Shown: piece after piece, positions 56,133 to 64,000 of the stretch
How the letters are laid out: every line of letters begins with the position of its first letter
Position numbering within the stretch: position 1 is the stretch's first letter
Assembly: GCF_905212365.1 (NCBI RefSeq)
Contig: NZ_CAJMEH010000002.1
Location: 6,683 to 70,682 of the forward strand
Reading direction: 5' to 3'
DNA from: an uncultured Phascolarctobacterium sp.
GTDB taxonomy: Bacteria > Bacillota > Negativicutes > Acidaminococcales > Acidaminococcaceae
Length of the DNA stretch: 64,000 bases
The notes under the pieces: model-generated
What the model saw: the letters and a program-made list of their open reading frames with translations, nothing else
What the model was told of the DNA's origin: nothing
Databases searched by the model: none
Program-made: the position numbers and the translations under genes

Positions 56133-57158
56133 TTAAATATCCAAATTAGAAGCGGTATAAACAGTACCGGGATGCAGCTTATCCAAATTATCCAAAGCCT
56201 TGCCCGTACCTAAGGCTACGCACTCCAAGGGATCGTCGGCAATATGCGTGGTGATGCCGGTTTCCTTCTGCAGTACCTCTGCCAAACCGTCCAGCAGCGC
56301 GCCGCCGCCGGTCAGATAAATACCGTTATCCACAATGTCGGAGGCCAGCTCCGGCGGGCATTTTTCCAATACGCTGCGCACCGTAGCGATTAAGGAAGCG
56401 ATGGAATCCTCCAAAGCCAGACGGCAGTCCTCGCTGGTAACGCTGAAGGTCGTAGGCAAGCCGGTCACAAGGTCTCTGCCGCGCACGGTAATGGATTCGC
56501 TGCGCCCATGGGGCGATACGGTAGCCACCTTCATCTTAATTTCTTCGGCAGTACGCTCGCCGATGGACACATTATGCACCTTTTTCACATAGCGCACGAT
56601 GGCGTCGTCAAAATGGTCGCCGCCGATGCGGATGGAAGAATCCACCACAATACCGCCCAGGCTTAAAACGGCTATATCCGTAGTCCCGCCGCCGATATCC
56701 ACCACCATATTGCCGCGCGGCACGGAAATATCGATGCCTGCGCCTAAAGCGGCGGCCAAGGGCTCCTCAATCAAATAGGTTTTCGCCGCGCCGCCGTTGG
56801 ATGTAGCCTCCATTACGGCGCGCTTCTCTACGGAGGTGATGCCGATGGGCACGCAGGTCATAACGCGGGGCTTAAAGAAAAGGCTTTTTCCCGCTACCTT
56901 TTCGATAACGTAGGTTAATAATTTCTGGGTCACAGTATAATTGGCGATAACGCCTTCCTTTAACGGACGAATGGCCTCGATGCTGCCGGGCGCGCGCCCC
57001 AGCATTTCACGGGCGTCCTCGCCCACGGCCAGCACCTTATTGCGCACCTTATCGATAGCCACTACGCTGGGCTCCTTTAAAACTACGCCCTTACCCTTCA
57101 CAAACACAAGGATATTAGCCGTGCCAAGGTCAATGCCTATATCCATACTTTTAAACAT
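56133..57158 (-). CDS. mreB: rod shape-determining protein MreB (or Mbl-like paralog)
   Basis: DIGIDLGTANILV...MVVDIGGGTTDIAV are the actin-fold phosphate-1/2 motifs of MreB. Confidence 0.9.
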   Translation of the reverse strand: MFKSMDIGIDLGTANILVFVKGKGVVLKEPSVVAIDKVRNKVLAVGEDAREMLGRAPGSIEAIRPLKEGVIANYTVTQKLLTYVIEKVAGKSLFFKPRVMTCVPIGITSVEKRAVMEATSNGGAAKTYLIEEPLAAALGAGIDISVPRGNMVVDIGGGTTDIAVLSLGGIVVDSSIRIGGDHFDDAIVRYVKKVHNVSIGERTAEEIKMKVATVSPHGRSESITVRGRDLVTGLPTTFSVTSEDCRLALEDSIASLIATVRSVLEKCPPELASDIVDNGIYLTGGGALLDGLAEVLQKETGITTHIADDPLECVALGTGKALDNLDKLHPGTVYTASNLDI

Positions 57159-57196
57159 GTTCTTTCTCCTGTTCTTTTCTGCTCTCCGGTCAGAGC

Positions 57197-58459
57197 TTAA
57201 TCCACATTAACGCGCTCAATCTCGGCGCCCAGATTCTTCAGCTTTTCTACAATGTTCTCATAACCGCGGTCTATATGGTGCAGGTCGCCGATACGGGTAA
57301 CGCCCTCGGCCACCAGGCCTGCCAAAATCATCGCCGCTCCGGCGCGCAGATCGGTAGCCCGCACATCACAGCCCGTCAGCTGGCAGGGTCCCTCGATAAC
57401 GGCGCTGCGGCCCTCGGTAGAAATATTAGCGCCCATGCGGTTAAGCTCTACCACATGCATAAAGCGATTCTCAAAAACTGTTTCCGTCACCTTGCTGCGG
57501 CCTTCGGCAATGACCATCATAGCCATCATCTGCGCCTGCATATCCGTAGGGAAGCCTGGATAGGGCAGCGTTTTAACGGACACGGCCTTCAAGGGCAGCC
57601 TGCCCACTACGCGCACCTTATCGATATCTTCTTCCACCAATGCGCCTGCCTCGCGCAGCTTGGCAATCAGTGGCTTCTGATGCTCCGGCAGAACATTTTC
57701 CACCACCACGTCGCCGCCCGTCATAGCGGCGGCAATCATATAAGTCCCCGCTTCAATACGGTCGGGAATAATCGTATAATCTGTGCCGTGAAGCTCCTTA
57801 ACGCCCTCGATGCGAATAGTATCGGTACCTGCGCCGCGTATTTTAGCGCCCATCTTATTCAGATAGTTAGCCAAAGCCACAATTTCCGGCTCCTCCGCCG
57901 CATTTTCCAAAATAGTGGTACCTTCGGCCAGGGACGCCGCCATCAAAATATTTTCCGTCGCGCCCACGCTGGGGAAGTCGAAATAAATGCTCGTTCCCTT
58001 CAAGCCATTTGGAGCGCTGGCTTCAATATAGCCGTGTCCCTGCTCGATCTTCACGCCCAAAGCCTCAAAGCCCTTCAAATGAATATCAATAGGACGCGCG
58101 CCGATAGCGCAGCCGCCGGGCATGGAAATCCGCGCCTTGCCGATACGCGCCAGCAGAGGTCCCATCACAAGGAAGGAAGCGCGCATAGTGCGCACCAGCT
58201 CGTAGGGCGCTTCATAAGCCGTAATCGTTCTGCTGTCTATATCAAGAGAGTTGGGCTGGTTGCAAGCAACGGATAAACCCAGGCATCTCAAAACCTCGCT
58301 GATTGTATGCACATCCTCCAGCATGGGCACCTCGTCCAAATGACTGGGCGTCGTGCCTAAAATAGAGGCCGCAATAATTGGGAGCACAGCGTTTTTCGCA
58401 CCACTGGTCTTGACCGTACCAACAAGACGAGTACCGCCCTTCACAATTAACTTTTCCAA
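57197..58459 (-). CDS. murA: UDP-N-acetylglucosamine 1-carboxyvinyltransferase MurA
   Basis: [28 protein letters not shown]...; active-site loop region present. 420 aa. Confidence 0.95.
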   Translation of the reverse strand: MEKLIVKGGTRLVGTVKTSGAKNAVLPIIAASILGTTPSHLDEVPMLEDVHTISEVLRCLGLSVACNQPNSLDIDSRTITAYEAPYELVRTMRASFLVMGPLLARIGKARISMPGGCAIGARPIDIHLKGFEALGVKIEQGHGYIEASAPNGLKGTSIYFDFPSVGATENILMAASLAEGTTILENAAEEPEIVALANYLNKMGAKIRGAGTDTIRIEGVKELHGTDYTIIPDRIEAGTYMIAAAMTGGDVVVENVLPEHQKPLIAKLREAGALVEEDIDKVRVVGRLPLKAVSVKTLPYPGFPTDMQAQMMAMMVIAEGRSKVTETVFENRFMHVVELNRMGANISTEGRSAVIEGPCQLTGCDVRATDLRAGAAMILAGLVAEGVTRIGDLHHIDRGYENIVEKLKNLGAEIERVNVD

Positions 58460-58575
58460 AATAATCCTCCTGTATGTGCGAAGCTACAATAATTTGTTGT
58501 AACCAACATTCTATCATTGCCGCAGGTAATATTTCAATACCAGCTGCAAAGAAAAAGCCGGCAGTTGCTTCCGGC

Positions 58576-58761
58576 TTAGAAATTGATCCGCTGGCGGTCT
58601 GCAAGGATATTATAATAAGTTTCTTTTTCCATCAGCTCACGGCGAATTGCCTGCTTCGCCGTTTCGTCTGTACATTCGGCCAGGCGCTGACGCAAAAACG
58701 CAATGTCCTGCTTAAGCAGCAGCATTTTATTGCCTGCCAGACTTTCTACAATATCAGCCAT
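58576..58761 (-). CDS. small hypothetical protein, 61 aa
   Basis: ORF between murA and the terminator. Helical and charged. No recognised motif. Confidence 0.25.
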   Translation of the reverse strand: MADIVESLAGNKMLLLKQDIAFLRQRLAECTDETAKQAIRRELMEKETYYNILADRQRINF

Positions 58762-58885
58762 CCTACAGCCCTCCTTTTACACTTATAGAATACTATAAGC
58801 ACGAGCTTTATGCAAGAAAAAAATCGTTGACAGCGCTTCTTCTGCATGGCAAATACAGTCAGCTGCCGCTGTGCTGCACGCCGCT

Positions 58886-58955
58886 TATTTTTATATGCAA
58901 AAGGCCCGGACAATGCAGAAAAGCTGCTGTCCGGGCGTTATAATTCAAAGTTTTT
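58886..58955. terminator. bidirectional rho-independent terminator downstream of the flavoprotein gene
   Basis: 9-bp GC-rich stem gcccggaca / tgtccgggc, flanked by T-rich runs on both strands. Confidence 0.5.
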
Positions 58956-59012
58956 AATTATTGCCAGTAAGTTCTGCGCCAGAATCCCGCAGCCAGCGTT
59001 CTGCTTTCACGC

Positions 59013-60620
59013 TTATCTGGCGTTTCTGCCGTGAGTATAAACAGGCAGCAGCTTCGGCGACAGCTCGCCCTGCACGCCCGCCTCGCGTTCTTCCGCCGCG
59101 TAGCGCGCCACATGCTCCAGACTCAGCCTGCCCAATTTAACCGTTTTGGCAGCAGCGGCAGCCTTAGTGCCGGCAATGCGGCCAAAAACGATAATATCCA
59201 GCAGGCTGTTGCCCATCAAGCGATTGGTGCCGTGAATGCCGCCCACTGCCTCGCCGGCTACAAACAAGCCCGGTATTTTAGTCTGCGCGTCTTTATCGAT
59301 TAAAATACCGCCGTTCTGATAATGCAGCGTAGGATAAATCAAAATCGGCTCCTTGCGCAAATCGATGCCGAATTTAGCGTACATGCGCAGCATACCGGGA
59401 ATGCGCTTGGCAATCGTGCCCTCGCCGTGCAGCATTTCAATCAGCGGCGTATCCAGCCACAGAGCCACGCCGTCCAGCGCTTTAACGCCCTTGCCGCGCA
59501 CGGTGCATTCGCGAATAATAGAAGCCGCCGACACGTCGCGGGTTTCCAAGGGGTGCATAAAAATCTCGCCCTCGCTGTTGACCAGCTGCGCGCCGATAGA
59601 GCGCACCTTTTCCGTTACCAAAGCGCCGTAAATCTGCGCCGGATAAGCCACGCCCGTCGGATGATACTGAATAGCGTCGGCATAAATCAGCGGCGCGCCC
59701 GCACGGTAAGCCATCACCAGTCCGTCAGCCGTAGCGCCGTAATGATTGGAGGTAGGAAAGCCCTGATAATGCAGGCGTCCCGCGCCGCCCGTAGCCATAA
59801 TCACCGCCTTGGCGCGCACCACCTTGTACTCGCAGCTGTCGTAATCCCACAGCACAGCGCCCGCCGCTTTACCCTCGTCGTCCAGCAAAAGCTCGATGGC
59901 CGGAGCGAACTCCAGCGTAGGGATGCCGCGGTTCTGCACCTCGTCCCGCAGCACGCGCATAATTTCCGCGCCGGTGTAATCGGCGCAGGCATGCATACGC
60001 TTACGGCTGGTGCCGCCGCCATGGGTCGTCACCATATTGCCGTCCTGCTCCTTATCGAACATCACGCCTAATTTGCTGAGCCAGTCGATAGCCAGCGGCC
60101 CGTTCGTCACCAGCTCCTCCAACAGCTCCGGAATATTTTTATAGTGACCGCCGCCAAAAGCGTCCAGATAATGCACCGCCGGCGAATCGTTAGCCTTATC
60201 GGCAGCCTGAATGCCGCCCTCGGCCATCATCGTATTGGCGTCGCCCATACGCAGCTTAGTTACCAGCAAAACGCTGGCGCCGCCGTTAGCTGCCTCCAGC
60301 GCCGCGCTGGCTCCCGCGCCGCCGCCGCCGATAACCAAAACGTCCACATCATAATCCAACCGTTCCAAATCCAGCTCCACGCCCTCTAAACGGCTCTTGC
60401 CCTCCAAAAGACGCGCCAGCTCCACCGGCACCTTCTGTCCCTTATTGGGGCCCACTTCCAGCACCTTAAAGCCCTTGGCGCTGTAATCGGGATGAAATTC
60501 CTGCAGCAGCGCTTCCTTTTCCTCAGCGCTGAAGCGTTCAATGGAGGCATGCAGGCGGGAAGCGCGGGTAGCCTCCACCTTCGCCCTGGATTTCAACATT
60601 TCTTCCGTAAATGCGCTCAT
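59013..60620 (-). CDS. FAD-binding flavoprotein of the fumarate reductase/succinate dehydrogenase flavoprotein superfamily
   Basis: Rossmann dinucleotide motif VDVLVIGGGGAGASAALEAA, plus the central and C-terminal FAD-binding segments typical of Frd/Sdh/AprA-like flavoproteins. Confidence 0.65.
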   Translation of the reverse strand: MSAFTEEMLKSRAKVEATRASRLHASIERFSAEEKEALLQEFHPDYSAKGFKVLEVGPNKGQKVPVELARLLEGKSRLEGVELDLERLDYDVDVLVIGGGGAGASAALEAANGGASVLLVTKLRMGDANTMMAEGGIQAADKANDSPAVHYLDAFGGGHYKNIPELLEELVTNGPLAIDWLSKLGVMFDKEQDGNMVTTHGGGTSRKRMHACADYTGAEIMRVLRDEVQNRGIPTLEFAPAIELLLDDEGKAAGAVLWDYDSCEYKVVRAKAVIMATGGAGRLHYQGFPTSNHYGATADGLVMAYRAGAPLIYADAIQYHPTGVAYPAQIYGALVTEKVRSIGAQLVNSEGEIFMHPLETRDVSAASIIRECTVRGKGVKALDGVALWLDTPLIEMLHGEGTIAKRIPGMLRMYAKFGIDLRKEPILIYPTLHYQNGGILIDKDAQTKIPGLFVAGEAVGGIHGTNRLMGNSLLDIIVFGRIAGTKAAAAAKTVKLGRLSLEHVARYAAEEREAGVQGELSPKLLPVYTHGRNAR

Positions 60621-60632
60621 CTTTCTGCCTCC

Positions 60633-61307
60633 TTACTTTTCAATCTCGCGTTTATTATACAGCTCCTTGATCTCGTCAAGAGGCATCTTTTTCAGCTTAG
60701 CCAGCAGCTCCGCATAATCGCCGTTTTCAATCTCCGCCACGCGCTGCGCCAAATGCTCGCACTTAGGCGCAATATATTTTCCAGTCAAGCGGCGGCACAG
60801 CAGGCCGACGGCGCTGTGGCTGATTTGCGCCGGGCAGCGGGACGCGCAGATATTGCAGCCCACGCAGTCGAACGAAGCGTGCGCGGCCTTCGCGTACTCG
60901 CCGCGCTGAGCGTAAGCGATGTACTGCATAACGTTCAGCCCCTGCGGGCAACCCTTAGTGCAGGCATTGCAACCAATGCAGCTGTAAATTTCCGGGTACA
61001 GCTGCCCCACAATATTGTCCGTCGCCTTAATTTCCTCTATATTAAAGGTACGCTTATTGACGGGGAAGGAATCGATTTTACCCACGCACATACCCTCTTC
61101 CACCTTAGTTTGGCAGGAAAGCACCACCTTCAGCTCCGTGCTGCCCTTAATGCGGTAAATAACAGCGCAGGCCCCGCAGAAGCCGCTGCGGCAGCCGCAG
61201 CCCCGCACCAGCTTAAACCCGGCATATTCCATGGCGTCCATAATGGTCAGGGCGGCAGGCACAGAATACTTCTTGCCCAGCAGATATACTGTTACCATAT
61301 CTTCCAT
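60633..61307 (-). CDS. iron-sulfur subunit: 2Fe-2S ferredoxin-like N-terminus plus a 4Fe-4S dicluster domain
   Basis: CGCRSGFCGACAV and two CxxCxxCxxxCP motifs (CIGCNACTKGCP, CVGCNICASRCP). Confidence 0.6.
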   Translation of the reverse strand: MEDMVTVYLLGKKYSVPAALTIMDAMEYAGFKLVRGCGCRSGFCGACAVIYRIKGSTELKVVLSCQTKVEEGMCVGKIDSFPVNKRTFNIEEIKATDNIVGQLYPEIYSCIGCNACTKGCPQGLNVMQYIAYAQRGEYAKAAHASFDCVGCNICASRCPAQISHSAVGLLCRRLTGKYIAPKCEHLAQRVAEIENGDYAELLAKLKKMPLDEIKELYNKREIEK

Positions 61308-61345
61308 TTATTTTTCCTCCTAAGAATTAAGGATGTTGTTTTTAT

Positions 61346-62179
61346 TTAATATTCATCCGGTATGCTATCTAACTCATCGCACGTAAACACCGGCCCATCC
61401 TTGCACACATACTTCCTGCCAATATTGCAGCGGCCGCACTTGCCTACGCCGCACTTCATGCGCAGCTCCAGCGTAGTATAAACCTGGCTTTTCTTGAAGC
61501 CCATCTCCACCAGCTTGGCCAGGCATAATTTAATCATAATAGGCGGCCCGCACAGCAGCACGGTTTTATCCGGCGTAAAATTCAGCTGCCGCAGGAAGGC
61601 CGGCACAAAGCCTACGTTGCCGTTCCAACCCTCCTGGGGTCTGTCTATCGTCAGATGCACCCGCGTATTTTCCTGCTGCGGCCACACCTGCGTCAATTCC
61701 TCGTAACGCACAAAATCTTCTTTACTGCGCGCGCCGTAGACAATATCGATACTGCCGTAATCGCCGCGCTTATCCAGCATATAATTGATGACGCTGCGCA
61801 AAGGAGCTAAACCGATACCGCCGGCGATAAAGAGCAAATCCTTGCCCAGCAGCTTGTCTTCCACCGGGAAATGATTGCCGTAAGGCCCGCGTACTGCAAG
61901 CTCCTGTCCTGCCTCTACATCAAAATGCAGGAAATCCGTTATGCAGCCGCAGCGCTTAATGCTGAACTCCATATATTTTTCATTAGTAGGCGAAGAAGTG
62001 ATGGAAAAAATAGCCTCGCCCTTGCCCGGCACGGAAAGAATGGCGCATTGTCCCGGCAAATGCTCAAAAAGCTTGCCGCCGCCAGGCTTTTCTACGCGAA
62101 AGGTTTTGACGTCGGCGGTATCGCTGTACACATCCGTCACTACGCCCACCTGCGGAATCAGCGTATCGTTTTTATACAT
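61346..62179 (-). CDS. FAD/NAD(P)-binding oxidoreductase with a C-terminal 2Fe-2S cluster, AsrB/PyrK-like
   Basis: Ferredoxin-NADP reductase fold motifs (LLFIAGGIGLAPLRS) and C-terminal CGVGKCGRCN. Confidence 0.6.
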   Translation of the reverse strand: MYKNDTLIPQVGVVTDVYSDTADVKTFRVEKPGGGKLFEHLPGQCAILSVPGKGEAIFSITSSPTNEKYMEFSIKRCGCITDFLHFDVEAGQELAVRGPYGNHFPVEDKLLGKDLLFIAGGIGLAPLRSVINYMLDKRGDYGSIDIVYGARSKEDFVRYEELTQVWPQQENTRVHLTIDRPQEGWNGNVGFVPAFLRQLNFTPDKTVLLCGPPIMIKLCLAKLVEMGFKKSQVYTTLELRMKCGVGKCGRCNIGRKYVCKDGPVFTCDELDSIPDEY

Positions 62180-63209
62180 CCTCGCTCACCTCCAAAGCCT
62201 TGGCTACCTTAACAATGTTTAAGTTCACCGGACATTTTTGCAGGCAGCGGCCGCAGCCTACGCAGGCAAACGCGCCCGCGTTATTTTCCGGGAAATACAC
62301 CAGCTTGTGCATATATCTTTGGCGGAAGCGTTCCAAACGTGTTTTGCGCGGATTGCCGTGAGCCATTTTAGTAAAATCGCTGGCCATGCAGCTGTCCCAG
62401 CAGCGGAAGCGCTGGGTTTTGCTGTCCGTAGCCTGATAATCGCGAATATCGTAACAATGGCAGGTAGGGCAAATATAAGTGCAGGTACAACAGGACAAGC
62501 AGGACGGCGACAAACGCTCCCACACGCTGCTGCGGAAAACCTCCAGCTCCTTCTGCGGCAGCTTATCGTTTACCTTAAAATCATGCAGCGGCAGCAGGCC
62601 TAAAATTTTATGCGTTAGCTCCTGCTGCTCTTTTACTGCGCCAGCATCGTCCGTTTCTGTCAAAAGAGCGCCTAATTTTTCCGTCAGCGCTGCGCCCCGT
62701 TCCGTTACCGGCTGCCAATACAAAGCGTCCGCCGTCAGCCAGGTCTGCACATCGGCGGCAGGCTTGGCCGCGTCGATGCCAAAGGCATGGCAGAAGCAGG
62801 TTTCCTCCGGCGCGCTGCACCCCAGACCAATAATCAGCGTATGGGCCCGGCGCGTTTGGTAGTAAGTATCCACCGGCTCCTGCAAAAACACCATATCCAG
62901 CAGCTCAAAGCTGCGCGCGTCGCAGGCCCGCACGCCCAGCAAAATCACCTGCTCCTCACCGGGGCGCTGCTGCTCGATGGACAAGCTCTTGCCGCTGGTT
63001 GTAAAGGTCAGCAGCTGTTCTACCTGCGGGAAGAACACGTCCTTAGCAGAGCGCGCCGTCAAAGGCGCGTCCAAAGCGACCTGCGCCTGTTTGTTGTAAG
63101 CGGCAAAATCCACCTTGCCGTTTTTATCGGCGCAGGGCAAAAGCAGCCTGCCCTCCTGCGTCAAAGCGGCGTACAGCTCAGGCAAATTCGTCCGACTCAG
63201 CTTATACAT
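62172..63209 (-). CDS. 4Fe-4S cluster protein, AsrA/sulfhydrogenase-beta-like
   Basis: Cysteine clusters CxxCxC...CPTCHC and CVGCGRCLQKCP. Confidence 0.5.
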   Translation of the reverse strand: MYKLSRTNLPELYAALTQEGRLLLPCADKNGKVDFAAYNKQAQVALDAPLTARSAKDVFFPQVEQLLTFTTSGKSLSIEQQRPGEEQVILLGVRACDARSFELLDMVFLQEPVDTYYQTRRAHTLIIGLGCSAPEETCFCHAFGIDAAKPAADVQTWLTADALYWQPVTERGAALTEKLGALLTETDDAGAVKEQQELTHKILGLLPLHDFKVNDKLPQKELEVFRSSVWERLSPSCLSCCTCTYICPTCHCYDIRDYQATDSKTQRFRCWDSCMASDFTKMAHGNPRKTRLERFRQRYMHKLVYFPENNAGAFACVGCGRCLQKCPVNLNIVKVAKALEVSEDV

Positions 63210-64000
63210 GGCGCTCGCCTCCCTTCAGCGCGATTTCCGTTTCAGCGTCGTTCAGCCTGTAGTCCGTCAGGGGCGCAGGCGTAACGGCGTCCTCTCCCGC
63301 CTGATAAGCTCCAAAGAAGCTGTTAATATCCTTAATAAATTTCATATTCAAAAGCCCCAGCTTAACTCCCTGAGGACAAACGCGAGCGCACTCGCCGCAG
63401 CCCACGCAGCGCCCCGCTACGTGATAGGCGCGGATAATATGAAAGAGCTGCTCCTCCACCGGGTCGGCATAGGCCTTGCCTGCTACCGGAGAATCCGGCT
63501 TGTCAAAAATGCACTGCTCGCAGCTGCACGCCGGACAAATATCGCGGCAGGCGTTGCAGCGAATACATTTGCTCAGCTCCTGCTGCCAAAAGGCAAAGCG
63601 TTCCTCCGCGCTCATGGTCTCCACAGCCTTCACCCCGGCAAATTTATCGCCGGTAAACGCAGGCGTTTCCAAGGGCTGGCCCAGCTCGTCGTCGGCAATT
63701 TTATAAGCGCTGCCCTTGCACATTCTGCACTTATCCAGCAGTACCTCCCGCTTGGGCATAGTTAAATTGCCCGCGGCAGTAGTCACCTGCACCTGCTCGC
63801 CGTCGCAGACTACCTTAACGATAGCCTTCGCTCCAGCCGCTTTAATTTTCTTAATATCGACCATACCGGAGCAGGGCGTACCCACTGCGTAAACCAGCTC
63901 CCGCTTTACGCGGTGGTCCTTCAAAAGCTGGTTTAACCCATAAGTATCGCAGGGTTTGAGAAAGACTGCCGTTCTTAAACCCCTGCGGCTGGTCTGCATC
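63202..64000 (-). CDS. Fe-S protein (FrhB/HdrA-like cysteine motifs), possibly N-terminally truncated at the window end
   Basis: CIRCNACRDICPACSC...CVGCGECARVCP motifs. The ORF reaches the last bases of the window. Confidence 0.4.
   Translation of the reverse strand, partial: MQTSRRGLRTAVFLKPCDTYGLNQLLKDHRVKRELVYAVGTPCSGMVDIKKIKAAGAKAIVKVVCDGEQVQVTTAAGNLTMPKREVLLDKCRMCKGSAYKIADDELGQPLETPAFTGDKFAGVKAVETMSAEERFAFWQQELSKCIRCNACRDICPACSCEQCIFDKPDSPVAGKAYADPVEEQLFHIIRAYHVAGRCVGCGECARVCPQGVKLGLLNMKFIKDINSFFGAYQAGEDAVTPAPLTDYRLNDAETEIALKGGERHV

Noticed and set aside
17038-60071. Long antisense or alternative-frame ORFs in the high-GC region (for example 23584..24345, 23763..24332, 27733..28686, 31072..31875, 35251..35868, 35985..36872, 40895..42055, 57275..58276, 59322..60071, and the Arg-rich 17038..17377 pair).
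   Set aside because: They lie entirely opposite or within well-supported conserved genes. Their translations are low-complexity (Arg/Ala/Gln/His-rich) with no motifs. Such stop-poor antisense frames are expected in GC-rich DNA.
1-64000. CRISPR arrays, insertion sequences, transposases or integrases.
   Set aside because: No regularly spaced direct repeats with unique spacers were seen. No ORF shows DDE transposase or tyrosine/serine recombinase motifs. The only mobile-element signature is the tRNA-Ser partial duplication.

Overview
The window is 64 kb of what looks like a diderm Firmicute (Negativicutes-like) chromosome. Every supportable gene is on the minus strand. By eye it has two compartments. 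(1) Positions 1 to about 16.9 kb form a lower-GC accessory region full of LPS/O-antigen decoration genes: a pyruvyl transferase, GT4, GT32-like, GT8 and GT2 glycosyltransferases, a PIG-L deacetylase, an O-antigen ligase split by a frameshift, and two paralogous EptA-like phosphoethanolamine transferases. It also holds a Schlafen-like AlbA_2/HATPase_c_4/HTH regulator with a truncated paralog, a HEPN/MNT toxin-antitoxin pair, an orphan RelB/DinJ antitoxin, two tRNA-Ser genes and a 59-bp partial tRNA-Ser copy. The window starts inside a partial AAA-type ATPase of the kind found in phage-defence systems. (2) From about 16.9 kb to the end lies the conserved high-GC outer-membrane biogenesis supercluster: lptFG/B/A/C, lpxL, kdsCDAB, a waaA-lpxK fusion, msbA, lpxB, lpxI, lpxA, fabZ, lpxC, a second lpxL-family gene, lpxD, three skp/ompH genes, bamA, a sigma/anti-sigma pair, tamB, tolC, mlaDFE, then a SpoIVB-like peptidase, mreB, murA and an anaerobic flavoprotein/Fe-S oxidoreductase cluster. 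The strongest signal is a G8 homopolymer exactly at the frameshift that splits the second EptA-like gene (12994..14779). Loss of one G restores a full-length enzyme whose downstream sequence aligns residue-for-residue with the intact paralog. I read this as a phase-variable LPS phosphoethanolamine transferase currently OFF. No CRISPR array and no plus-strand gene could be supported. All family assignments come from motif recognition by eye, not database searches.
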